Assembly (NCBI GenBank): GCA_000934665.2
Contig: KZ538019.1
Coordinates: forward strand, 168,333-188,332
Direction of reading: 5' to 3'
DNA: 20,000 nucleotides
Origin: Catajapyx aquilonaris
Taxonomy: Eukaryota
Of this stretch, positions 1-12,000 are shown in pieces. A program made the position numbers and the translations under genes. The notes beneath the pieces are model-generated. The model was not told the origin of the DNA, searched no databases, and saw nothing but the letters and a program-made list of their open reading frames with translations. Each line of letters starts with the position of its first letter. Within the stretch, counting starts at the first letter, position 1.

Positions 1-383
1 TTATTTTTTAGCCACAGCAGCTTATATTTCGCCATCATCACAAACAGTTTAATGTTTGAGTTTGAAGTCTGGACGCGATCCATGGGAAAATCCTCCAAGT
101 CGATATCAATTCATATACTCCTGCTCCACTTCTTATCGATGGCCTCCATATCCCACTAACAAGACAAGAGAAGACTCTCAAGGGGCCTGTCTTTCAACAT
201 TACCCCCACTCTCTCAACAATTCCAGCTTTGATCCCATTTAGCGAGTGGCAGCCTTTAGAGCAGACAGAAAGAGAAGGGGGGGAAAAAACTAGAGGTAAT
301 TCGCCCATTGAAGCTTGATGGATGATTACACCAATCAATTCCCACGCGTGCCTTGCGGAGAATGTTGTCATGGAGAGAGAGAG

Positions 384-513
384 AGATGATGCAAAAATCT
401 ACATCATCCAATCTGATGTGATTTGAATGTCATTGTGTTGTCCGGGNGATAGATGATGCAAAAATCTACATCATCCAATCTGATGTGATTTGAACGTCAT
501 TGTGTTGTCCGGG
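384..513 (+). repeat. 63-bp direct duplication either side of an N (probable assembly artefact)
   Basis: 384-446 and 451-513 differ by one base (GAATGT/GAACGT); N at 447. Confidence 0.8.
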
Positions 514-819
514 TCAATAGATTCGACTGGAGGATTTCATTGTGTTTCATACACAATGGCTCTTGAAAAAAAAAAATTTTTTAAACTTTTTTTCTGGTTA
601 GTCAAACTTTGGTGGGAAAATGGAGCTCTTGTTCTGACTTGCCCTAAATCAGGAATCTCGGGCGGAAACAAAAGCTTCCTTGAAATATGTACGTAGTTTT
701 TTCCCCCCACTCGGCTCCAGAGGCATCGCAAGGGTTATTTATATAATAAAAAAACGCGACTCGATCTGAAAGAAGTGAAAAATTATGCATAGGCCGCTCC
801 ATTATAGTGCTGAGGGAAT

Positions 820-832
820 GTTGCCAGGCAAC
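820..832. promoter_or_regulatory. Consensus X-box GTTGCCAGGCAAC inside a short hairpin
   Basis: Palindromic GTTGCC-A-GGCAAC flanked by GGGAAT and ATTCCC; no associated gene identified. Confidence 0.3.
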
Positions 833-3800
833 GATTCCCCATTGTTGGTTCTCGGTTGAGATGCTTTTTGGCTGCGGTGCCCATGTGCGGTGGCCTCCTA
901 AGCTTCCACTTGGAAGGACTTATACTCCCAGGAATTCTAATAACAGAAACGGAGGGGGGGGGGGGGTTCTATTTACATTACAACTGGGGTGGTCAGAAAG
1001 GACGGCACATATTGGAGAGTGAATGGGCCTAATTAATGGCATGCGTGGGTGTGTAAACCACCGCACCGAGGGAATTATTTGGTGGGAGTCGGACTGCAAG
1101 GTGACAGTTTAAACCAAGCCATTACCTGTGGCAAAATCGAATGAATAATGGACATGTGGTCGAGGCTGGCAATTCTGCGGGCATGACCTGGTTGGGCTCT
1201 CACTTTTGCACCCACTCTAATTAACTATACATACCAGCAGGACAGTAGCGATCACCACTTCTACTGCTCTACGTATACACATCGGGGGCCGTGACATTTC
1301 TCTTGCAAAATTCAAGCTATTATTAGGCCTGTTCGTTGCCCAAAAATTTGACGTTAAAAATCGATCAGGTCTATACATCGATCGCCAGCCGATATACAGG
1401 GCCGATTCTCAGAACTTTAAATTATTCCAGGGGCTAAAGTGGTCCAAGATTTGTCTGAAATGTAGAGGTGCAAAATTTCGAGAAACGAACGGCAGGCTAC
1501 ATTTGAGACTTGTTTTGGGACAGTCTATAGCTGAATACATGAAAATATGGGTATAATTTGGTACCAAATTAAAAAGCGACTTTTCATATCGGCAGGTAAG
1601 TTTGTCAAAAAAATATATTGAAACAGCAGGGTGTACGGCAACTTTAGTAAGCTTTCAACCTGCTGTAATTATTTGCTACGCCAGGTGAGCTACTGTTGCT
1701 GACAGCCAATAAAAACTTGCAGTATACCTACATGCTAATTGATGACAACCGGCCGCATATCTGTAATCACTGCAGTTAACGAGCATCTAAATTAATAACT
1801 CCAATTTTTGCACAGTACATGTTTACGTGACTGCAGGGACAGAAAGTTTAAGTTGATTAACTGTTTGATGTACAAAAGCAAATGGACAGCGAGGTCGATT
1901 TCAATTTGCAGCCTGCAACAACAATGGTTTATCACCTATGTAGTTGAAGCTGCGGAAGTAGTACCGGTTTTAATTCCCCGGCATTAGCAGGCAAAACGCG
2001 TGACTAAATGGAGCAAACAAACAGGTCCGAACCCCCATGGGTACAGGACCTGTACACACCTACGAGGCATACACGCGTCATCGATCCTCCAAATGGCAGT
2101 AAAATGTGCAGTTGGATTCTCTGTTGTGTAGGCGATAAATTGTGTTAGCGCCTCCCCATGTCCGCTGGTGCAAATCGACTTTGAGAGGTTGTCCGGGGAT
2201 AATGGGACTGAGATTTTCCGCCATAACCCCATTACCCGGAACAAGGTTACCAGGTCCTGTTTAATGCAATATGGCCTCAGAAACGACCAAAAATGAAGAC
2301 CGCCGCCAGACCTTTAATAACTCACGCTCCAAAAAATATTGTTTGAATTGCGTTCAGCCCAATCTGAGTAATTTTTTTACTGAACTCTCTCAGAGAAATA
2401 TGATCTTTTTTTTGCTGTTTTTTCGATTTTAAATATATTTTTCATATGCATATACACAATTTTTTCTGAATTTTTCCACACAAAAAATTTCATCGTGTTT
2501 TTAAGTTTTTAAAAAAGAGGAATCCGGGATCCAAAACCGGGTGGGCCATCCGACAACACAAATGCCCCCGGATTTTCTCTCATCCGTGCAGCTGACTGCG
2601 GGGTCTTCTAATTGTTCCGAATTACAATCCCAGATGCTGGATTTGGGACCCCCTGGGCGTCAAAGTCTGCTGTACGAGGATTCGAGTTGGAAAAGGGGAA
2701 GGCCTAATGTTGAAGCAAGCTGACGAAGGAGAAGGCAAACGTCGGCACAAGAGCAGCCTCCATTTTCATTTGCAGGATCCTTCTCGCTGATTTTTTGACC
2801 ACTTTTTTATTTCTGGCACATTAGCTTCCAGCTGTAGACGCCAGTACCAGTGGGGATATATTAATTCAGGAAGATCCTGAATGGAATTTCTAACAATCTT
2901 CGTGCAAACTTAGCACAATCTCTGCATATAATTAGACCTGTAAGTAATTGGCATTATACGCCATTACTCCCAACATGCGATGCAAACCTCTGGAAACACA
3001 TGGTGGAATTCACATGTTGCTCCCTAATGTGACCTTTTCATGCTCTTACCAGCCCTCCTTTTATAGCCTATAAAAACAAGGGGCTCAAAGGGTAGAAAAG
3101 TCGCAGAAGTGAAGAATAATATTAGCCTCCATCTTGCCTGCACTATGTCCACACCTCGCACAAAAGAGACAACCACATACTTTTGTACCCAATAAAACCT
3201 GTACGAATAGTAGGCTACTAACTATTCATAAATCAAACCTTGGCTTGTGAATCCTCTTTAAAGCTCCCCAAAAAGAGGGTTCCAATCTATCCTGACCTAA
3301 TGCAGAGTCGTCCCATCGATCGGGCAGCCATCCCATCAATCTCGAAGGCTATAGTCCCAGGAAGGACACTATAAAAGGTCCACTTACTAAGAAACCAAGA
3401 AAAAAAAGGCCTGAGGCAATAGTAATTATTAGAATCAAAAACAGCGATCTGAGCAGAGGTTGGCCTCTATTTTGCTCTCACACCAGACCCTTTTGTTCTG
3501 GATTGAATTTTCGCTGACTACTACACCTTAATTGTCGAGTTGGACCCGACGGGGACACTCCAATTTTTTGGGGAGAAAAGTGGAAGAGATTGCGGTCACA
3601 AAAGGAAGGCCCTGAAGGAGAAGTAGTTGGGAAGCTGGAGCCAAGCCTTTCCCGACAATGGTTCAGATTGGGGACAAATCATGAGGCTGGGAGATAACCG
3701 GTTGAAAGTGGCCACTGGAAATTGCCTTCTCTTTTCACACTAGAAAAGTCTAGTATACAGGCCGTGGCACAAGTGGTTCCATGGAACTTCGGACAAGCGA

Positions 3801-4920
3801 GGGTGCTAAGTACCTACGAAGACGGTTGTCCTCCTGGGAAACTTGTAGGCCAATTTTTGAGGAAAGGGGATTACCCGCATTGAAGTCCAAAATTGGCAAG
3901 GAAATGACAGCAGACTGGCACGGATTGTGCCAAACGTCGGACGCAATTTGGTAATAAAATGTCGACCTCGTGGTATTAGAGGACAGCTGTTCGCTGTCAC
4001 TGTTTCCTAACACGATGAAATCCATTCACTGACATATCTCAAAATTCTATTGAGGGTTTTCATTCTTCTTGAAAACAATTGAAACACTATACTCAACTGA
4101 AATTGAAGCTTTTATGCCAACTAGTTTTCGTCTACTTTTGACATAATTTATTGAAATCGGTCCAATTGCTGGAAGAATTAATTTCATAGGATGATCAGTA
4201 GTACAAAAATAAATTTGCTCGCAAAACAGTATTATATATTTTCCTTTGGACAGATATCTCGAGATTTTGGATAACTTTTCGTCTCTCGTGGTTGCAGCAA
4301 GCGCAGTGGGAGAGGTGTAAGACAGAGAGGTGCCTGCGGTATTTCCCGAACACCAGCAAAATCTGTTTCTGCATATTAAGACGGGATCGATAGCATCTTG
4401 AGCAGGCAGCATCCATCAATCGGTTGCGGAGTGGGGTTGTTGGGAGGAATAACAATGGACGGAGGCAAAAGGAGGACAAAAGTTGGAGGCACCAAGTGTC
4501 GAATCGATTCATGCACAGGTCGCACAGGTGTGTGGACATCCGCAACGAAAAGGCCTATTCTTTTTTTTGGCTCCAATTCTGGACCAGGAGGAGACGAAGA
4601 GGCTCAAGAACTTGTTTCCCCAGCAGCAGTTTTATATACCCAGGAGTTTATCTCTTGGTGCTAGCCACTGCCCCTTTGATAGCACTCAGGTGTCGTAAAG
4701 TTTGTGGCCCAACATTTGTCTTCGTTCCCACTTCCTATCGGCTGATTCGGGCTGAGCTTTCAAGTTTTTGGCTATTTTTATGCCGTGGAGAAGGCGCTGA
4801 ACCAGGCTTATCTGCTCGAGAAAACTTGAGACTTTACAGTGCTTTCGAACTCTGGATTATGATCGGAGATCAACGCTCTTGCGCTTTAACAGGGAACTTT
4901 GCCCACCAAGTAAAATATCG

Positions 4921-4921
<1 letters not shown>

Positions 4922-4959
<38 letters not shown>

Positions 4960-4969
4960 CCATCACCAT
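4922..4969 (+). repeat. (CAT)n microsatellite
   Basis: 16 CAT/CAC triplets. Confidence 0.95.
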
Positions 4970-5818
4970 ATGACCTTGATTATTGAGTCAGCACGTCGTA
5001 GGATCATGTGTATATGCTTATACTAACACTTGAGTTAATATATACGTATAGGTTCAGATTGAGGTATCCTAGCTACTTTTTTGCTGAAAGCGCTTAAAAC
5101 AGAATATGACAATTTAATTATTGAACTTAACAATTTGAGCAAAATTGAATACCATAATCTTTTATGCTCTCAACCCATTAAATTGATCATAACACTCACT
5201 TTTTATTTGTATTAAACTCGAGCAACTCATCGAGTCATTCTCTTTTCTATCACTAAATTACATTAACTTACACTCCAGCAAAACATGTGCAGATGGCGTT
5301 ATCCATAAATAGTAGGTTACACGTAAATAGAAAAAGTTAGTTTTTCACTTAAATACTCAACAAATAAAGTTACTCAAAAATATGTGAGTGCTGGTGAATT
5401 TTGAAATGTTTGAGATTTGAGATTATCCCTAGCCTAATTTTCGTGAGGGCATCTTCCTTTTGTGCTCTCTACTATCTTTCTCAAGTTTGAAAATATTAGG
5501 CCTAATCCTGAGAATGCGACATTATTGCAAACAATATATTATTGTACTGTATGACCATTGCAATAATCCAGCGAATATTATCCCCGCTCATGTTACAATA
5601 TTATTAATCAAAACCGTGATCAAAACAATCCTCAAAGGAGCTTGACGAATTGTGGCCCAGATGTCGCCCCAATCGCCAACTTTGACGCCATCTGTTAACC
5701 ACATGTCGAACCTCCCTCTACTAACTGTAAATGATAATTACTAATTACATTTTCATATTTTTTATTTTCATTAATTACAATTTCAGATGTAATTTTTAAA
5801 AACGAGCCTTTGGGAGCG

Positions 5819-5846
5819 GTAGCCAGGTGACAAGAGGGTTGGCAAC
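5819..5846 (+). promoter_or_regulatory. RFX X-box-like motif plus half-site upstream of the SPICE1-like ATG
   Basis: GTAGCCAGGTGAC (5819-5831) resembles the X-box GTNRCC-N-RGYAAC with one mismatch; GTTGGCAAC follows at 5838-5846; both lie 50-77 bp upstream of the ATG of a centriolar gene. Confidence 0.5.
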
Positions 5847-5895
5847 GGTTAACAACAACAACAACAAAAAATTCAAACGTACGTACGGGATCAAG

Positions 5896-6048
5896 ATGGC
5901 TGACCGTTCTAATCCGGTCAGACCTCGGTGCGGCCCTTCCCCCTGTCCCAGCCGGTGCGTGGCTGCCAGGGCAAGAGGAGCAGGGGCCAGGGGAAGCATC
6001 AGGGTCGCTACCCCACAAAGGATGAGGAAGATCAGGCCGCCATGGAAC
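5896..6048 (+). CDS. SPICE1: SPICE1-like coding exon 1 (MADRSNPVRPRCGP...RKIRPPWN)
   Basis: ATG at 5896 in caagATGg context; 51 codons; donor AAC|GTAAGG at 6049; GC-rich; ends at the conserved W-N/D. Confidence 0.8.
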
Positions 6049-9000
6049 GTAAGGGCAACAATACAATATAATAATGGGAATAAAGGGGAGCCTGTTCGAT
6101 TCTTATTAGCTTCAGGCAGTCATGTCAGAATATTCTGGGCTTCTTTTTTTGAGGGGATGAGGTGAGATATGACCTGTGGGATAGGCCTAGGTCGTGTGGG
6201 AAACCTTCTGACTCAACAACTTCCCTTTGCATGGAAAAACAGTCTAATGTGTCAAACCTGAATATCTACCGTCCCACTGTGAGTGAGTTGGAGCGAAGGA
6301 AGCAGGTGATGGCCTCTCGCAATGTGGTGATGGGCAGGCTGGATATACATGACAAGGGGAGGACCAGGAAGAGCCCCGAGACAATGAGGAAGGTCCATGG
6401 ACTGGTCTTCAAGGATATGGTCCAGGAGTTTGAGCAGGTCAGAGGAGATGTATTATTGTAAGCATTCCTGTTTAAGAACACCTGACTTCATACATATGTG
6501 ATGCACAGGTGACGTTGAATAATTATGGAACTAGTAACAAATAGGCACACTCGGATTTTGTATATCAAGCTGGGCGAGAGTGAAACATCCGTCACCTGTT
6601 CATTTGGGCACACCAAATATTATTTAAGGAAGAAAAATTTTATTTTATTTTATTTGAAATAATCCAACAAGGAGTAGGTTCATATGCATAATTGTGTTAT
6701 CAAGGGACTGGACAGATGCAAATACCTGGGATTTAAAAAAAAATGAAGTTCCAATGAGTTGTGAAATAACAACAAGAGCTTTGAAAAATATTGTAATACC
6801 CACGAAGTGAGTAATCTTTCTCCACTTAGTCACCTTCCCAGTTGAATCACTTTTCAGAACATGGCACCATCTTTTGTAAGCCTAGCACAATCATATGCTC
6901 CCACTAAATGCGAGGTTCGCTGTGTAATTAGATTTCTCCAAGCTAATATACACAGTGCAGCTGATATTCATAGGAGATCGTGTAATGTGTGTGGAGGTGA
7001 CAGTCCATGGGTGACATAGCTGCATGCTGAAAAGGTTTTGGAATTTTCAATAAGGATGAATTCATGTCCATGATGAGGAAGGCCAGGGGAGAAAATCTGT
7101 GGCAAGACTGGCAACCAATGATGATTAACGAATCGAGGAAGTGGTTTGAGAGCACCGCCAGTTCACAATTTTTGATCTGTCTGCTGATTTCCCAAATTCG
7201 TGGCCAACTCTTTCTGACACTGTGACAGGAAACCTGGGCTATCACAAGCATTATGCACAGTGAGTTCAAGAACAACGAAGAGCTGAAAAAGTGTGTGATA
7301 GGTTGCCTCGGTACCCAGATGGCAACCTTCTATGAAGAAAGCATACAAAAATGGTGCCGTGTTATGACAAGTGAGTCAATCGGGATGGTGACTATGTGGA
7401 AAAGTAGCATAAGAATGTAGCTTTTGTACATATTTAAAAATTTTCAACTCTCTTGTTCTTCATTCACAATTCATCGGAACTAATAACAAATAGCCCTCGT
7501 AGTAGTGCAGCACAAGACAGTTGCTGCTTATTACCCTCAGGGACTTTTCCCTTTTCACCTGCCTGGTAGTGTATGAGCAGCTTCGCAAAAGTAGTGGTTT
7601 TTAATGTATTTTTTGCACTTCCCTTGTACATGGGCTGATTCATAAGTCATTGTGCACATTTTTTATGCAAAAATGGTAACACATACAGAGATGAACTTTG
7701 CTAAGTTTTGAAGCTCTGGTGATTACAATTTTTCTGATGTATGATAGACGACACCCATATTGCATAGGGGGGAGGGGGGCAGTAAACAACTAGGGGTATG
7801 ATGACACCTTCACCGCACCATCACTGTAAGACTCCCGGAGCCTGACACGCTTGGAGCTGTTGAACCCTGCCTGCAGGACACTCGGAAATGGACAACGCAG
7901 GGGCTTGCCTTTGAGTGTGGGCCACGTGAGAGCACTGTGACTGGAGCCATGTGTCATCCATTGTCACAAACCGTTTAAGAAAACCATCGCCCTCATTGCC
8001 ATGGAGTTCCAAATGTTTTTTGGTGAGGGCAAAGTGGTGCCACATTTGCACTAATGAGGATGCCAGCTTCCTGAGACCTGTCAGTCTTTCAGAGTCCTTA
8101 CCATAATGTTCTGACTTGTTCCACACATGAAAGCAAGCTCCTGTGTTGTCCATTTCTGAGTGTCGTGCTTGCAACGCTCATCGACTCCACGTGCGTCAGG
8201 CTCAGGTCGTCTTAGGGTGCTGGTGCTCTGGGGGTCATGATCCCCTTGTCCTCCTCTTCCCCCCGACTCCCCCCACCCCCACCCTGGAGCTTCAAAACTT
8301 AGCAAAGTTCATCTCTGCATGTTACCACTTTTGAATAAAAAATATGTGCAATGACTTATGATATGAATCAACCCACGTGTATGGAATAATAGCATGATAG
8401 ATACTTACACTGGTTATTGAAATCAGGACGTAGATTCCATCATGAAACGCTCAACTCAAGCTCTGGAAGGATCTCAGGCAGTCTTGACCAAACCAGCTCA
8501 TTTCACTAGCAAGTCATTGGGCATGCTGCTTCCTCATAGAGCAATGGGCCGCACACAGTGGAACGAATATATGGCTGCTTCTGGAGATGCCAAAGGACCT
8601 GGGATAAATAAGTATAAAAGTGAGTGGCCATGGAAATTTTATTCTTTTATTTCAAACCTAACACATCTTAGCATTCATTTATGTTCGCAGAAGGGAGTAC
8701 CAAGTCAGTGCCAACCTATGCAAATAGCCCAAGGAAAATGCGTCCTCTCAATGACTCTCCAAAGATCATGAAGAGTCAGATCAGGTTTACAGATCAGGAG
8801 AGAAGTGGCTGCAGCAGTGATTCAGGCCATGAGTTGGATGGGTTCCACATGAACGGCTTGAGAAAGGTAACGAATTGAAGGGCATTTCTTGCCATGCAGT
8901 TAGGGAAGTCTGGCAGTGTAATTTACGTTCATCTTCTGCTTTTATATCAAGTGATTGCTAATGCAATGTGAAAAAGAGTACGACTTCTCAATAATGAAGC

Positions 9001-12000
9001 TAGTCCTACTTGATAATCTTTTTGCTTTAGTGTAATTGAATTATTATTGGTGGAAGATATCCTTCAGAAGGAAAGCATGCCATGTGAACATAAGAGATAT
9101 TAGAAAAACTTTGCTCTCCACAATATTGTTATCTGCACTCCAAACTGAGCCTTGGAGTGCAAAGTTTGCATTCCAATTGGTCCTGATTTTTAACATGGCT
9201 AAACCCAGCAATTAATAATTATGCACTCCAAGTAAGCAATTTTCACTCCAGATGAAAGACTGGAGTGCAAACATTGCACCTGGACAAAAAATTTAAGATT
9301 CGACCCCTGCATAGTAATAGGTGTGTTCAAATTAGACATAAAATGAGGCAATAACTCAGGAGCTATTTGTCTCAGCTGAGTGCTAGTGGTATCTCTGAGT
9401 AGGCACTTGCATGGCTAATTTCCATGCAGAGTAGTAAGTAGTCAGTATACAATCATGTAGTGGGCAGGAGAGCAATTTGTGCAAGTCTCCCAGGGCTATG
9501 GATTTGTCCAAACATGCACAACTCGCCATCATCCTTTTTTCCTCACCAAGGAACTTCACCAGTGGACATTGTCCATTGGATGCAGAAGGTCCATGGGAAT
9601 GTCTGTTTCAATCACAACTCTTTTCAAAAGGCGTAGGGAAATTTTGTCCAGACATGTGTGCATGGAGGACCTTTCGAGAGAACATTTCCTACGTGGTTTT
9701 CTGCACCAATCTGTCCACCAAGGTGTTGTGGTTGAAGCAGGCTTTTCCACATGCCCTTGGCATCCAATGGACAATGTCCACTGGTGAAGTTCCTTCCTTT
9801 GATGAGGAAAAAGGATGATGGCTAGTTGTGCATGTTTGGACAAATCCATAGCCCTGGGAGACTTGCACAAATTGCTCTCCTGCCCACTACATGTATACTG
9901 ACTACTTACTACTCTGCATGGAAATTAGCCATGCACGTGCCTACTCAGAGATACCACTAGCACTCAGCTGAGACAAATAGCTCCTAAGATATTGCCTCAC
10001 TTTGTTTAATTTGAACACACCATATATTATCGCAGAAACCTCCCATAAGAAAAGCATGTGAAAATGTCCGGAATAATGCTGTGTTGATAGTACTTCCTGT
10101 CAAAGGCATGACATGACAACTCCTAATATTTCTGAGAGGCTATCATAATTTTCAATTGATCGTTGTGATTTTGTTTATGGAACATGATTTCCCTGCTCTG
10201 GATATGTGATAGGAGACATGGCAAAGCATACAATGAAATGGTAATAATTTTTCCCTGGGTCGTAAATAAAAAGCGCAAAATCAGACATTCGTGTTTCCTG
10301 GTGTTCTGAAATAGGTCGCCTGGTTTGGATAATGGCCTACTGGCTTAATGCAGTATGATTTACTGCGATCTGTACATACGAACGGGCTCCCAAGGCTCCC
10401 CTTAGGGGTCGTCCATAAACCACGTGACCGATTTTCGGGCACTTTTTGACCCCTCCCCCCCAGTGACCCAAAATTCAAAATTTCCCACATACAGTCCTTA
10501 AATTGCACATTTTAATGCCGACTATTTCAAACATTTATAATGTATGTTTAATGGTTAAGGGTCATCTGGTTCTGAGGCCTCTTTTCCCTCCTTTTGGCAA
10601 GAACTGCAGTAGACGTAGGGTATTTAACAGACTTCGGAGGGTTCTGATGAGACCAACAATACTGTACTGTATTTATCGATAGACCCCGCCACAAGGCACC
10701 ACGAAAGGAAGAAAAAAAATAGCATTAGTTTATGGTCGTGTGTTTGGACTCAAAAGGATTAAAGTGTCGTGTTTATGTTCAGATTGTGTTGTTGTTGTCA
10801 TATTTTTCAGTTTTTGAATTTAAAAATTTGATAATGTTATTTTCAAATTGGCGTTAACGTAAAACGGCGTAAAATTGTGTAAAACGGGTACCTACTGTAT
10901 TTGATAATTGGACGGTGTTATGCAATAATGGGTCAACCCACATGAGAGCAGTTTTGAGAAAAAGGGCCTTGAAGATCGTACAGTCTGTGAAATTAATTCA
11001 GTGTTCTTTTCGGTCATTTGTGGCAGAAGTATGCAGATTCCACCAGCGTGATTTTAACTGAATGAAGTAGGATCCTGCACATGTAGGGGGTGCGAGCAAG
11101 GTGCACCTTTGGACTTAATCTAACCAAGAGCTAATAACTGGTCTAACTATGAACTTAATCACCCCTGGTATAGGGGGTGCGACAAGGACCAATACACATA
11201 TTGTCTACAAATGGGTGCAGAGGCCCGAAAAGATTAAGAATCTCTGCTTTAGGTATATGTTCCTGGGCTTGGCTCAATTTTGACATTTTCGTGGGTTGAC
11301 AAATCATTGCATAACACTGTCCATGCACACCATTCATGAGTTAACTTTTCGGTCATTTGTGGCAGAAGTATGCAGATTTCGCCACCTTGCTTTTAACTGA
11401 ATGAAGTACCGGTACTATCCTTTGGGTGTATGTTCCTGGGCATAACTCAATTTTGACATTTTTGTGGATTGACCCATTATTTCATAACACTGTCCAATTA
11501 TCCCTCCACTTTCAATCATTTCTGTGTACGTTGACTGACATCAAGTTCAATATAATATGTACCAGACTCTACACATGGGTTTGCTGCTATAAATTGAAGG
11601 GGTCGGTGCAATACTGCCCTAACCCACCAAATGACACAAATTGAGTTTCGCGCACTTCCATACACTACACTCAAATATCTGATAAAGTACACTGAGATTG
11701 TCCAGTTTCTGCCATCTGTAGGTGAGAAATCAAACTATGTTATGCTTGCTGCAAGGTTATGAGTGCCTTTTCTGCAGCAATACCGCCCTATCCCTCCATC
11801 TTGAAATATGACAGCGCGTAGGTTGCAGGTGCGGGCATCTGCGTCTCACGACGAGTCAGGCTTAATTAGTGACTCGGATGACCCAGATGTGGGTGAGAGT
11901 TCCGAGGATCCCGATTTCAATCCTGATGATGATGATGATGATGATGAAGTGCAAAGCAGCAGTGCAGAGCAGGCAACAATTGCAGCAAAATAATAATACT

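Noticed and set aside
384..513. 63-bp tandem duplication as a biological repeat
   Set aside because: The copies flank an N and differ by one SNP, typical of unmerged overlapping contig ends or haplotypes.
1320..1600. Possible DNA-transposon remnant (TACAGGGCCGATTC...)
   Set aside because: No matching second terminus or TSD could be found.
1984..2244. Minus ORF with SGHG/LTQFIA words resembling a non-LTR retrotransposon C-terminus
   Set aside because: The motifs are in the wrong order, with no CCHC knuckle or RT motifs nearby.
4424..5026. 200-aa ORF with a poly-His tract
   Set aside because: The His run is just the (CAT)n microsatellite; the start is non-ATG and there is no recognisable domain or exon context.
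5272..5306. Possible first exon of a divergent minus-strand gene (MDNAICTCFAG|GTAAGT)
   Set aside because: Only 35 nt, and no compatible downstream exons were found in 1-5200; likely chance.
9477..9870. Mirror ORFs with identical N-termini on both strands as real genes
   Set aside because: They result from the fold-back structure; the mariner reading frame is frameshifted and truncated.
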